A stretch of 64,000 nt of DNA from Tubiluchus corallicola. Its lineage: Eukaryota > Animalia > Priapulida. The stretch lies in NCBI GenBank assembly GCA_030141605.1, contig JAQGDQ010000457.1, forward strand, positions 1 through 64,000. The letters run 5' to 3'. The translations under genes and the position numbers were made by a program. Under the pieces are notes generated by a model. That model ran no database searches and was not told where the DNA came from. It was given only the letters and a program-made list of their open reading frames with translations. Shown here piece after piece: positions 51,553 through 64,000 of this stretch (position 1 is its first letter; each line of letters starts with the position of its first letter).

Positions 51553-54500
51553 TTATGTTATCTCTGATTTAATGGATTCGGGTTCGACACTGATGTGTGC
51601 GATGAATCGAAGACGAAGCTGCAGCGACGGGCGTAACCTTTTGATAATTTTCTCTGTCTCGGCCTAAAAATGTAATAAATGTTTGTTAATAATAATGTTC
51701 AAAACTAAACAAAGTGTTCTTTTTCTTTTACAAGTGCACAAATTGCTGTCAAAACAGGTTATGTCTAAAAGTGTTTAAGTTCTTGTTTATCTGAGTGAAC
51801 GATTGATTGATATTAACTCATATAATTATATGATAAGCCAAGCAGATGTTAAATGTCCACCATTGTAGCAGGTTTTGACAACGTCTTAGAAGTTGAGAGT
51901 TTGAGTTTGATGCAAATTAACACCAGTGACATGATGGTGTCCGAGTGGTGATGAAGGTGTTTGGTGCATCATTGGTGTCAACTTTTTTCATCAACATTTA
52001 AGATACAAATGGTCTTAGAAGTTGGGAGTTTGAGTCTGATGCAAATTAACACCAGTGACATGATGGTGTCCGAGTGGTGATGAAAGGTGTTTGGTGCATC
52101 ATTGGTGTTAACTGTTTTCATCAACTGTTAGGATACTTTACTGACTTACTTTTACACCGTCTCCAGTGAACATGTATTTAATGTGGTACAACAAGTCACA
52201 GATTGGATTGATGTGATGAAGATGTTCGTTTAGCTTATCAACCTTCTCCAGCATCTCGTACAGGCTTACAGTCAGCTGTAAACAAAACAACATTACAGGC
52301 TTACAGTCAGCTGTAAACAAAACAACATTACAGGCTTACAGTCAGCTGTAAACAAAACAACATTACAGGCTTACAGTCAGCTGTAAACAAAACAACATTA
52401 CAGGCTTACAGTCAGCTGTAAACAAAACAACATTACAGGCTTACAGTCAGCTGTAAACAAAACAACATTACAGGCTTACAGTCAGCTGTAAACAAAACAA
52501 CATTACAGGCTTACAGTCAGCTGTAAACAAAACAACATTACAGGCTTACAGTCAGCTGTAAACAAAACAACATTACAGGCTTACAGTCAGCTGTAAACAA
52601 AACAACATTACAGGCTTACAGTCAGCTGCAAACAAAACAACATTACAGGCTTACAGTCAGCTGTAAACGAAACAACACAACTTAATAGATATGCATATTA
52701 TCAGTAATTAGGACAATAGATTTATGAAGAGTAACAGCAGGCATCTTTGAAGGAAGAAACAGAGGAATAATCGCTCTAATATTTTTCACAAATTGGACTC
52801 TCAATTTCAAAACAATGCACTGCAAATGGACATTCGATCAGTGTTGATTATTACAAACTATTATTAATATTAGTAATACGAAGGTAAGCTTAAAATTGGC
52901 ACTGTAAAGTAGACATTTAAGCTCAAACAGTGTCATAGTGTCTCATTCTCCTAATACAATGTTTTCTACAACAGTACTGATCATAAATAGAAAATGTGCA
53001 AGGGCGTATGAAGACTTTACGACGCCCTAAGCTGATAGTTCAGTGCCACCCATTTCTATTGTGAATTTATGCTTGTTTATGTAATGAGCAGATTAAACAA
53101 TTACTTGTGGTGTATTAGAAACACTACAAATCTAGTTTCTACGTGTCATTATTAATTACATGTATTTCCATAGCACTTATATTCAAGCAGTATGTGCAAG
53201 TGCTTGTATAATACCTTCAACCTGTTCGTAATAAGGTACTTATATAAACGGTAAGATCTGTAACTGCCTGTGGTGTGTTATGAAATGTGCCCTTTACATG
53301 AATATCAGTATGCGTATTTTCCAAAGTCCGAGAATAGGAATTTTTTCTAAAATGTGACGCCCCTGAAAATGTGAAATTCCTCAATGTTCGCATTCGATTT
53401 GAACGAGTTTTTTAGTTCTAAGCTAAGTTTGTTAAGGGGGTCTCCCACCAATTATAGGCCGTGATGATATGTATATACTGTATATAGGCATTCCCAGTTT
53501 GAAGAAAGGACTCATGCAAATTTAATGAAATCTCAGTGACAGTACGTAGGCAGACTTCCTGTACAGACTTATCATAGACAAGCGTGTGCAGAACACTTTC
53601 CCAAACATTGAGATTGTTGGCATCCTTCTGTCTCGGAAGACAATGGAGTGTGCGCCAAGAGAGTCAGTTATTGATGGATCTGCAGCGTTGACTGTGGCTG
53701 AGCAGTGTGATTCTTGAACCACTGGAGTGGCCTCTCCAGGGTGCACGCCTGGGCAAGGTGTATGTAGATCCTGAGTTGCCCATACAACAGGAACCCCCTC
53801 TCTTCCTCGATGGTGTAGTCCAAAGGAAAGCGGAGCGATATGTTTGGCACCAGGTTGGCTGCAGGAGCTGCCGGAGTCAGTGAGCATGCTGCACTGGTCC
53901 GCCTTCAGGGCTCCACTCCTGATTTGGAAGGTTTACTCCTCTACACATGGCCGTTGGGTCATTTGACCTCCTCCGCCCTCTAGCCGTTGGCTGCTTGTGC
54001 AGCTCCTCCGCCTAGTATCGAGATACAGTGTGGGCATCCCGCAAGCCTACAGCACCTGGTATTCCTAGGCAGTCACCCATCCAAGTACTAACCAAGCTCT
54101 ACGTTGCTTAACTTCGGTTATCAGACGAGAACCAGCGTTTTCAGCGTGATATAAAAACATTGAGATAGCTCTACGCATATACCTTATTTTGATAGTATGA
54201 AACTGCAGTGGAGAGCACTGCTTCTCAAAACTCAAATTAATTGAGAACCGATTATGGACATCCACGAAGCAGAAACAACTTGTAAATCTGGCTATTATGA
54301 GATATACTGCGTGAATTGGACTTTAATGACATCATCAGTGACTTTGCCACACGAAAATCAAGAAAAGTGTCTGGTCTGTAATGCTTGTAACTCTATCTGT
54401 TTTCTGATTTGAACTATATTTACTTCTTAGTTATACTAGACGTTTTCATGAAGCAATAAATAATTTAAACTGAATTTCGCTGCATAAATTATTCATTAAG

Positions 54501-56526
54501 CACAACTTGTGTTCATTTCATTTCGTGTTCATGCATTACATGTTACACCATTGGAAGAATAGTCTCCGTTCAGTATTTCCTAACTAAAAGTGTCCTATTT
54601 ATATATTTGGATTTAGGTTACTAATCTGTGGTGTGTGCAATGGGGGAGTTGGAAAGGGGGCCTCTCTTTCAAGTGGGCCGCAGGCCTAGGGTTACCATTT
54701 GTCCGGGTTTCCCCGGACACGTCCTCTTTTTGGGCCTCTGTCCGGGCGGGTTTTCAAAAAACCGGCAGTTTGTCCGGGTTTTGCCTCAATCCGTAAGTAT
54801 GTACGAACGTTGCAAACTGCAGAGGCATACAACAGTACGAGACAAAGAAGAGCTCATTAATTTTCAATACAAGATGTTGCTAACATCTCAAAATGCAACC
54901 CTTGTAAAAGCTTTGTGTACATATTTACTGAACAAAAGTAAGAGATGCGCACATCACTATGGGTCACACGACTCACACCGCTGTCGATACTCGGCGTATT
55001 CCCTAACGACTTAAAATGACGTCAGCTTCCTGGAGCCATTTTGTTTGTTTTTATGTGAATTTTTTTAAGTTTGTATAGTTTCGCTGTTTTGCAGTTTTGA
55101 GCAACTGGTAAAAGTTAATTAGAAAGTAGCAATGCCGAAACGACAGTGTGAATTTACAGATGAAATGAAGGCCAAGTACCCGTGTTTTCGCGCAGGTCAG
55201 TATTACCGGGAAGCCGAATGCTCGACATGTGGTCCTCTTTTTCAACTCGGTCAATGTGGTAACCCTACGCAGGCCTCCCATGTGCTTAATCCAGCCCTGC
55301 CAGTCAGCGCTGTGTTCACTGTCATAAAGCAACAAAAGCAACATCTACAAAAGTCTAAATGCCACACGACAACTCACATCAAGCAGACAGCGCGTTCTTT
55401 CTTCACGAAATCTTTGTAGGAAAGGTCCTACCAGGCTGCACAAATAGAGAAACTGTGCTTCTGTTTGGATAACAGGGAGCATACGTTCTTTTATGAACCT
55501 AAAGAATAAAAATAATTTTCTTTTAAGCAATTCTCCAAAACAGTGCAATGCTTCTACACACATACATACTGACATGCATAGAACATTCATGTATAGAACA
55601 GTCATGTGTAGAACATTCATGTGTAGAACATTCATGTATAGAACATTCATGTATAGAACAGTCATGTATAGAACATTCATGTGTAGATGTATAGAACAGT
55701 CATGTATAGAACATTCATGTATAGAACAGTCATGTATAGAACATTCATGTATAGAACGTATTCATGTATAGAACATTCATGTATAGAACATTCATGTATA
55801 TAACGTATTCATGTATAGAACATTCATGTATAGAACGTATTCATGTATAGAACGGTCATGTATATAATGTATTCATGTATAGAACATTCATGTATAGAAC
55901 GTATTCATGTATAGAACGTATTCATGTAAAGAACATTATACTTCTGTACAGTCATAGTATAAATTAATTTATGTCTAACAAACAGTTTATTGTAAAATTA
56001 ACTGGTTGAATACTTAGTTTAGTGCACAGAAAGATTTTGCACTTTACACAAAAGTGAACAATGTAATGAGTTATTACAGCCAATTGTAATCCATTGCCAT
56101 TTAGGTTACTAGGGGCAAAAGTGGAAAAACGTTTCAGTGTCTCCGGAGAAGTAAGAAATTCAGGAATGATAAATGCTTGGTAAAAGAAAGCAAACTAAAA
56201 CCTGTAGCCTGACAGAACTGTCATATGTATAAGAAACCGACCAGACGGTCTAGTCTAGTGGTAATGCGTCTGCTTTCCGTCTGGGAGGTCGTGAGTTCGA
56301 ACCAGCGGCCGGGTCATACCAAACACTTTAAAAATGGTACCTGCTGTTGCCCTGCCTGACGCGTGGTATTTAGGGTAAAAGTGGGGTAATAATAGTCTCT
56401 GTTATGTAGTTGTAGGTTGTTATTTACAGTCGGCGATAATAGCTCTTTGAGCTAATGTTAACTGTTGACCCAAAAGCCGACTTTAAATAAAGATTATTAT
56501 TATTATTATTATTGTTATTGTTACTA

Positions 56527-56617
<91 letters not shown>

Positions 56618-59600
56618 GAATTGTATAACCCTTATAGTTCTTTGATTATGGCTTGGATGTCTCTTTAAAACCACACTGTTAATGGCAAAGGAATAAAAAT
56701 AAGAAACAGAAATAGTTCACTTTGTGATTGCGAACCACCTCAGTTTTTCACACACTGAAACTGCAGCCGGCTTTATGGCAAACATGGTCAATTCACAGAC
56801 ATGCAAACCACTGACAGGAAGATATAATGAATTTATGTTTTTATAAAGGCACACGTGGACACATGCCTAGGTTATGAATAGTAATATTTATGAGTAGTAT
56901 TGTGACAGTGGCCCAGCATTTTGAAAGGAATCGAAAAGTGGCAATTTGACGAAAAACTGATTATTATAATTTCTGAAGCTCGAATTTGCGAAGACGTCAC
57001 TGTACAGTTCGCAATAAATTACAGATATTTACTCCTCTTGTTCACAAATGTGCTAGCAGTACATTACTACTGCAGTACTAAATGTATTATAGTAATGCTT
57101 ACTATTAATTTAATATGTTTAGCTAGTTTCAACTAAAACAAAAAAGTAAACGATTTCTAACATATTTTCTAAAAACTGAATAAGAACGAGTTTAGTTTAG
57201 TTTACTAGAGCAGGGGTGTAGAAATTGCAACCCGCTGAGAGAATTTGTGCGGCCCGCGAAGAGATTTGTTAATCTAATGAAAGTGCGGCCCGGGTGATTT
57301 ATTGAGTGTATCCAGGCTGAAGTCCGTGCCACGATCCCAAAGATAGTGCGGGTAGTTTTTTCTACTAGATCGGATGCCATTAACCCTTACAAGACGGTTG
57401 TAGCTTAATGTCACTGTACTACACAGACTGTGTGATACACATTACTAATATGCATTGTAATGAAATTACCACTATCTGTCCTGAAAGTAGATATATGGTT
57501 TGTAATATAAATTTTAATAACTTCTAAAATAGTTTCTTGAGTGTAGTAGTAATGATATGACAGATCAGATGCAGAAAAATCGTTATTAGGTCCTACTGTA
57601 CTTGGCTCCTTGACGAAACTGCTTGTGGTCCACAGGAATTACGGGAAAGTTTAATGTGGCCTGGCTAGTCAGATAATTTGCACACCCCTGTACTCGAGTA
57701 AGCTAAGTGTGCAGAAAAGTAAGTGTTACCCACATTATAGCTCAAAACTGGCAGTTAAATATTTCACAAAAAAATCAAAGCAAGACATGAAATTACGTTA
57801 TTATTGCGATCTTTTTTGCAGAAACGCTTATGAAATAGTATGTAATAATGAAATATATGAAATAGTAGAGCGAAAACAGAGAAAAATGGGTGGAGGACTA
57901 CTCACTGTGGGAGAACACTGAGCTGTCCAATGCTGCAATGATGCCAAACCATATGTGCAACGGCTAACAGGTAAGCACCGTAAACTTCCTCCGAAGTGTG
58001 GTACATCATCGCATACTTGAATACGTCCAACCTAAGCGCCTTGCTTTCTATCATTGTGAGCTTCTGTACGTGTTCAATAAGACGTGTATTCAACACAAAC
58101 CTAAAACTGTCCTGTAAACAAGAAATAACATTTTACCACTGAAAACAATAATTGTTTAATGCAGGGATGAGAATGACACATTGCAAAAAACTCTGAAACA
58201 GGCTGGGAGTTTTGGGGCCACCTAGGCTCCTAATGGAGTTCAAAGGGAGCCAGCAACAAATTGCAATTTTGTGACCATAGAGAGCCTCTAAGTGGACTTA
58301 AATATCAATTACCTTGTTTCATGCATAATTTAACATACCCAACTATCAAGGATACATGATACCTTATTGTCTCAAAAACGCCTAAGTACTGGCCGCTCCT
58401 CTGCAAAAGTATATAAAAACTGTCTGCAATTGACTCAAATAACTCTGCACAATTGATTCTATATTTTTATACATAGAGATATACACGTGGTTATACTGAT
58501 GTACGTGATGTAAACAAAGTGACGGCCTGCCAACTAGCGGTCAGCTTGTGAAATAATGTACTGGGTCCGTAAAAGTTTTCTCAGCGAATTTACGCGATTT
58601 ACAAAAACACCACTACTGGTCTTCCAAAAACTCGGAATTCCGCGTATCCGCAGAAAATTCCCATCCATGTTAATGGACCGAGGCAGGGTGATTACCAAAT
58701 CTATCATGACCTATTACCCCATTCAAAATACTAACTAGTAGTTTTAGCATGAGAAGATCACAAAAACTTGTCTTACCGGAAGAGACGTAAGTATAAGAGC
58801 AATAGCATTCATCCAACTTTCCACATTCTCACTATTCACTTGAGAATTACTGAAAAAATATAGAAAACAAAACCTATAATGCAGCTAATAAATACATTTC
58901 CCCCGGGCCTCTTATCTGTGGAATTCTTTACCAGAAAATTGTTTTCTGTTAACTACAAACTCATCTACTTAAAGAAGAATGTTAACAGGTACTTGCACTA
59001 TCAATAGTAAATTAGTCACAAGAATTGTCACCTTGAACGTCTCCAGGGCGCATGCCTGGGCAAGGTGTATGGAGTTCCTAAGTTGCGCAGAGCCTGCGTT
59101 GCCTTGGCTGCTTGTGCAGCTCCTCCGCCTAGTGTCAAAACACAGTGTGGGTATCCCGCAAGCCTACGCCAATTGGTATTCCTAGGCGGTCACCCATCCA
59201 AGTACTAACCATACTCTATATTGCTTAACTTCGGTGATCAGACTAGATAGCTAGAACTAAGTTTATCGAATTTGATATGCTCCCATTACAGCCGCTCAAA
59301 ATTTCAGATTTGATTAAAATTTGGAAACACAAGTTCTCCACATGCATCTCTCTATATTGATCAAAAACTAAATGCTACAGAAGCTCACTTTTTCAAAACC
59401 ACATCTAGCAGTCCATTGCCCACTATTTCACTTGAGACTGGTAGTCCCATCACTTCTACGCAAGTCGAGTGCAGAACGTGAGCCGGAGCACTGGAAAATT
59501 CACTGAAGCGCCAGTCTATGCCCGTCATTTGGGAACTGCTGCTCATAGCTAAGTGCAGAATAAGGAATAGCAACGTATAATTTTAGACAATGTGCAAATG

Positions 59601-62263
59601 TAGATTACAGGGGGAAAACTCATTGTTATTAAGTTTAACTGACACACACTCTTACTGTAGAATGCAAAAGTAAAAAATAATTGTTGACATAAGAGCCTTT
59701 GCAGGAGTGATTACGAAACACAGTTTACTTACGGTGGCTGCTAGCAAAAATGTCAGAACAGCAATATGTTGGTAACTGCAGAAACATAAGGTGACAAATG
59801 CAAGAGCTGAATGCATTTAGTACGGGAAAGAAGAAACAATAACAGGTACCAGACTAAAAATGTTTTTTTTCTTTGGAAACTACTGGCAGAACACACAAGA
59901 TGGCCAAGTTTTGTCTAACTGCTTTACTACTTTTTTGTTAAAACCTGGAATTGTACATTGTAATAAGGTGCTGCCATCTATGTGCTAATCTTGTTACATT
60001 CTACCAGCTGACTTACCTTCAGTATAATTGTATGGTTCAGTGACTACATACACGCTGGTCCTCTCCCTATCTAAAATTAATGGTTGTTGTGAAGCCTGTG
60101 CAACTCTGCATAGGTCAAGTTCTATACCTGTATACTGGCTGTGAAACAGGTTTTACTGACTGCTTTTGCTTTCTAGTTTTTGCTCAATGTTCAGTGAAGC
60201 AGTTTAGCTACTCATGTTTTCTGTAGTTTAATAAACACTTTTATGTTGTGTGCAGTGCAAATATTTATTATAGATTTCGGGTTACTATCCATACTTCTCT
60301 GTGTCTAAACTCAATCATAACAAAGTGACTGAACAACAACTTCAAAAATGACTTTCACACCTAGAGATGCTTTGCCCATGTCTGAGTTGACACAGCTTCC
60401 CACAAGAGTCACTAGGGGAACATTTTGGATTGCCAAGACGTTTACCAAAAAAGAAGACACCCAGTTTAACACCAAGGCAGTTCTTTAACAATCACTGATA
60501 CTATCATTAACAATCAACGCAAAGTGTACACGTATACTAGAAAAAATGGTAAAAGATTTTTTGGTGTCAAGAACGAGAATGACAACAACATTAAATGGCA
60601 TCTTGAAAAAATATCGATCAAATAAAGGCTTCTTTCTTTGTTTTCATAATGCAGCTAAGACGACAGAGCCACAGAACTACCAAATATTCTAGAAACACCA
60701 CACAAAATAGCTGTGCTTTTTTACTTTTATACAGAATAATTTTAGGTTTTAATGTCTTCGTTTAAAGGATACCATCAACCAGCTGGCTGACCAATTGGCT
60801 GTAGTACTCCATACCAGGTGTCCAATCGATGTCGTCAATCGGACGTTGCATATATGAGCTGTATGCGTCCGTCACATATAGCTTGTTCTGCAAATCAGAT
60901 TCCTTCTGTGCACCTTTGAGAGAAAAAGTTGGGCACTAATTAAAGTTTTTCAAACTGGAACAGATGCATGTTGCAGAATTACGTTGTTTTCGTGATAAAA
61001 TACTGTTAGCAAGCTCTTTCTAGTCACCAATAGGCATCGCCGTTCCCCAAATTTACGTCAAATTGCAAACTGCAATATAGAGAGCTCAAAAATAATTAGA
61101 ATTTGAGATGCCAATGCGAACTTTTGTCAGGAAGCCACATACTAAATTCTATCCTGGCAGCAGGTTAAGTCTAAACTCAGTAACATTTACCATCTGAAAG
61201 TTCATATAATGAAATAGTATAGCAAATCTGTAATTTGATTGAATTACGTATTTACTGATTAGTATCATCAACACTAATCTCAAACTATTAATAAAAGTGA
61301 TAAGCTTTGAATAGTTAAAAAAGGACTGAGCCTCATGCCATTTCACATTAAAGGAAGATGGGATGATTTTTTTTGCTCATTTTGACCAATGATCTGAAAT
61401 GTAGGTGTTATAGGTACCTATATGACAAGTGCAAAATGTTTCTAATATTTAAACTTTAGCTTACAAATTTAATTAACGGGCTGCGAGCATTGGTAGCAAT
61501 GATGATCATCATCATCATCCAATGAATCACATGTCCAGTGACATGATTCTGCTCACCTCCCTATGCCAGGACTCCCTACACGCTGCAATGCCCCAAGTGG
61601 ATTTATTTCTAAGGATCAATGCCGAAGTGTTTAGATCTTTCTGTGCAAAATCTAAATGTGTTAACATTTGTCCTCCTACACATTTTTTAGCTGGTTCTAT
61701 GGCTTGTTGAAGAGCTATCTTCACTGGAGTATCATCAGGTAGTCTAAGTATATGCCCAATCCATCTTAAACGATGTCTTTTTATTTTTCTTGTCCAAGGT
61801 TCTTCTTTTATTTTTTCATATAGATCTTTGTTTGAAATTTTCTTTGGCCATCTAATACCCAAAATGTTTCTGTAATTCGCCTTTGAAACAATGATGTTAT
61901 CGCTGGACACGTTTTCCAATGGTGGGAATCTTTTAAGCGCGTCTTGCATCTATATGCCAAACCAAAGATTGTGATATTACATTAGCCGCACTGCAGTGCA
62001 AAAATGACGTGGAAACAAAAAATTCACACAATTTAAGAGCAGAATTTCTTATTTCAAAGTTGATCACACAAAGGCATAGTTTATTTCAAATCATAGATCG
62101 TTAATTCGTCAGTTTCAGTTACAGCTTGATATTATATCCTGTTTTTACATAATAATGTACATACCATATATAGTTGCCAGCAGTTTCTTCTTTAGTGATG
62201 GTCTATCTCTCAATCTTTTCTCATAGTAATGCAAAGTGTTGTACAGATATGTTACAGGATGAT
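51553..62263 (-). CDS. MED23: Mediator complex subunit 23, last eight coding exons (5' part outside the window)
   Basis: Exons 62263-62165, 60913-60773, 59548-59389, 58849-58777, 58111-57906, 55498-55378, 52275-52150, 51663-51553 join in frame. Peptides HPVTYLYNTLHYYE, DWRFSEF...AHVLHSTCVEVMGL, WMNAIALILTSLP, WHHCSIGQLS, LVGPFLQRF, PICDLLYHIKYMFTGD and LRLRFIAHIS match the MED23 C-terminus. Confidence 0.93.
52261..52677. repeat. 35-bp tandem repeat (12 copies) of the MED23 intron/exon boundary
   Basis: CAGGCTTACAGTCAGCTGTAAACAAAACAACATTA x12. Confidence 0.96.
53545..54380 (+). pseudogene. hAT transposase C-terminal (dimerisation domain) remnant split by a SINE
   Basis: ...VQNTFPNIEI | IALRIYL...NCSGEHCFSKLKLIENRL...LDFNDIISDFATRKSRKV, with a stop and a frameshift. 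Confidence 0.75.
53615..54152 (-). mobile_element. 5S-RTE SINE copy
   Basis: Family match; perfect 12-bp TSD AAACATTGAGAT at 53603-53614 and 54155-54166. Confidence 0.92.
54687..55235 (+). mobile_element. 5' fragment of a hAT (Blackjack-like) transposon with the transposase start
   Basis: Terminus TAGGGTTACCATTTGTCCGGG, subterminal TGTCCGGG repeats, and MPKRQCEFTDEMKAKYPCF...CSTC at 55132. Confidence 0.6.
55575..55937. repeat. 15-17-bp minisatellite (CATGTATAGAACATT)
   Basis: Direct reading. Confidence 0.9.
56240..56616 (+). mobile_element. tRNA-headed SINE with Meta-domain-like core and (ATT)n tail
   Basis: A-box TAGTCTAGTGG, B-box GAGTTCGAACC, core GGTCATACCAAACACTTTAAAAATGGTACC; second copy at 18118-18588. 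Confidence 0.82.
57211..57690 (-). mobile_element. hAT MITE, sibling of 32517-32982
   Basis: TIR CAGGGGTGT; TSD TACTAGAG / TACTCGAG. Confidence 0.9.
59031..59243 (-). mobile_element. Degenerate, internally deleted 5S-RTE SINE
   Basis: Partial 5S head plus body segments. Confidence 0.8.
59549..60772 (-). other. U12-type GT-AG intron of MED23
   Basis: Donor GTATCCTTT (60772-60764); branch-like TTCCTTAT about 10 nt before the acceptor AG (59550-59549). Confidence 0.85.
61348..61490 (+). mobile_element. Terminal fragment related to the Kolobok-like element at 910
   Basis: TTAA-AGGAAGATGGGATGATTTTT...TTAATTAACGGGCTGCGAGC parallels 906-1048. Confidence 0.55.
61499..61880 (-). mobile_element. 5'-truncated RTE-clade LINE fragment with (GAT)n tail
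   Basis: YRNILGIRWPKKISNKDLY...RLRWIGHILRL, followed by GGATGATGATG. Confidence 0.8.
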
Positions 62264-62362
62264 CTAAAAAAATGAAGTAAGAAGCAACAATTTAAATAAT
62301 CGTGTAAAGTTGTCCACGCCAAGGATAAATTTACATTTGCTAATGAATTCAATATCACAGAC

Positions 62363-62636
62363 TGTTGTTGTTGTTGTTGGCATCGTTCTGTCTCGGAAGA
62401 CAATGGAATGTGCGCCAAGAGAGTCTGATCCTTGAACGTCTCCAGGGCGCACGCCTGGGCAAGGTGTATGGAGATCCTGAGTTGCCCAGACCGCAGGAAC
62501 CCCCTCTCTTCCTCCCTGGTGTAGTCCAAAGGAAAGCGGAGCGATACGTTTGGCACCAGGTTGGCTGCAGGAGCTGCCGGAGTCAGTGAGCATGCTGCAC
62601 TGGTCCGCCTTCGTGGCTCCACTCCTGATTTGGAAG
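62363..62636 (-). mobile_element. 5'-truncated 5S-RTE SINE (no head), (CAA)n tail
   Basis: Family match to the body and tail. Confidence 0.88.
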
Positions 62637-63549
62637 TTATCACGGACTATTATAATCATAAATACCGGTCTAAATAAACTATGTAAGTAGAACTATAGGT
62701 ACATTTAAGGAAAATAAAAATTCTTACGCTCGGAGATATACTGCGCTGTTGCATTTATCATCTAAAGATGAAGTACTCAGCCATTATGTAAGGTCAAAAC
62801 AAGGGCAAATGAAAAATTTATTTTTTGATACTTTAGCTTTCACAAATTCAATATCTGGATTCGACCGTTTTATTACTGTTTTTGTGCCACGCGAAAAATG
62901 GAGACGATTATAAATAAACTGAACTTTATGAATATATTCACATCTCAATCAGAAATTTTTAGAAAAATGAAACTGTGAGTTTACTTTTGCATTCTTTAAG
63001 CCCCCGAGCTTACAACTTTTAGTCTTGAGTATTTTAAGCATTTTTTAATATTCATTATTAAGTCTGGAAATTTTACTATAAATTTATTTGCACTGAAAAT
63101 AAATAACTTTTGCCCTGAGAATGTAAAATTTACTTGCTCTGGGAGGGCAATGTACCTCGTACACCTATGAGCATGTTAAAGTTCGTGCAATAACATTGTG
63201 TACATGTTGTCATTAGGAATAGAAATAATAATTAAAAAATACTCATCCATATACTCTATGTGATACAATGTTTAGCTTTTTAATAAGTTTGTGATTCGTC
63301 AACTATACGATGAGATTCGTACTATGAACTTAATTACGCATAGCAATATCTGTAAGGCGCTGACAAATCACTTGTTGACAATTTCTTTCAATAACAACTC
63401 ATTTGGAACCATTAACAAGTTGTATTCTTTTTAAGTCTCAGTTGTAATGGATTGTGTTTACCTTAATCACATATAATCTAAGATTAGTTATTTTTCATCA
63501 TTTTTGTTCTCCAAGCAGATTTTTCAATCATAAGCAAACATCTTACTGG

Positions 63550-63625
63550 AACCTAGCCACGGGGGGGGGGGGGGGCAAGCCAGCCCTACTCAGTGCCGGT
63601 CCCAAACCCGGATAAATAGGGAGGG
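63550..63625 (+). ncRNA. Twister ribozyme 3' cleavage product (P1 type, P1 5' strand missing)
   Basis: AA-CCTA-GC-CAC[P3]GTG-CCGG-TCCCAAAC-CCGG-ATAAA-TAGG-GAGGG. This parallels the rice Osa-1-4 twister as recalled: AA-CACU-GC-C..G-CCGG-UCCCAAGC-CCGG-AUAAA-AGUG-GAGGG. Confidence 0.8.
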
Positions 63626-64000
63626 TTAGGGTCAGAAAGGGCATCCGCCTGTAAAAACTGCGCCAAAACCTTCTATGAATGAGTCGGTGAGACTTAAAGG
63701 TAAAGTCCACAAAGAAGCGGTCAGACCCGCTCTAATCTATGGGCTGGAAGCAGCTTCTCTAAAGAAGACCGAAGAGAAGAAAACGGGTGTGGTGGAGATG
63801 AGGGTGTTGAGATGGATGGTGGGAATAACAAGAAGAGATAAAATTAGAAATAATAATATCAGAGGAACAGTAAAAGTAGTGGAAGCCTCGCAAGATTGCG
63901 ATGGTATGGACACCTGAAAAGAAGAGTCGGTGAAGATCATGTGGGAATTGAAGACATAAATGAAGAGATGGTCAACAACAGTAATGCGTGGAGAAGACTC
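63550..64000 (+). mobile_element. Bipartite (internally deleted) RTE element: twister-bearing 5' UTR fused to the RT C-terminal region
   Basis: 5' UTR 63550-63675, then VRLKGKVHKEAVRPALIYGLEA...EMRVLRWMVGITRRDKIRNNNIRG...RLRWYGHLKRR; runs off the window end. Confidence 0.8.

Noticed and set aside
56240-56315. tRNA gene
   Set aside because: It is the tRNA-like head of a repeated SINE with body and tail, and no proper acceptor stem forms.
62728-62763. Further MED23 exon
   Set aside because: Splice-like borders are present, but the translation does not match the expected upstream MED23 sequence.

Overview
AT-rich, intron-containing animal genomic DNA from an invertebrate (the 5S-like sequence looks lophotrochozoan-like, but the taxon cannot be fixed). 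Host genes: the first three exons of a luciferase/4-coumarate-CoA-ligase-like acyl-CoA synthetase (+), a single-exon 5xEGF type-I membrane protein (-), a single-exon DUF4419 protein (-), a 14-exon MDC1 orthologue (+) and the last eight coding exons of MED23 (-). The rest is rich in mobile DNA: a 4.2-kb TTAA-flanked Kolobok-like foldback element inside a rearranged duplication, a nearly intact two-ORF LINE with an unusual LMDD reverse-transcriptase motif, six copies of a 5S-rRNA-headed SINE whose tail comes from an RTE LINE, two tRNA-headed MetaSINE-like copies, piggyBac/pogo/hAT MITEs, and several satellites. Most notable: an internally deleted RTE element that begins exactly at the cleavage site of a twister ribozyme; a 12x tandem amplification of a MED23 splice acceptor in which only the last copy yields intact protein; two minor-spliceosome (U12) donor sites; and an intronless DUF4419 gene that is a horizontal-transfer candidate. 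All family assignments come from motif recognition by eye, with no database searches.
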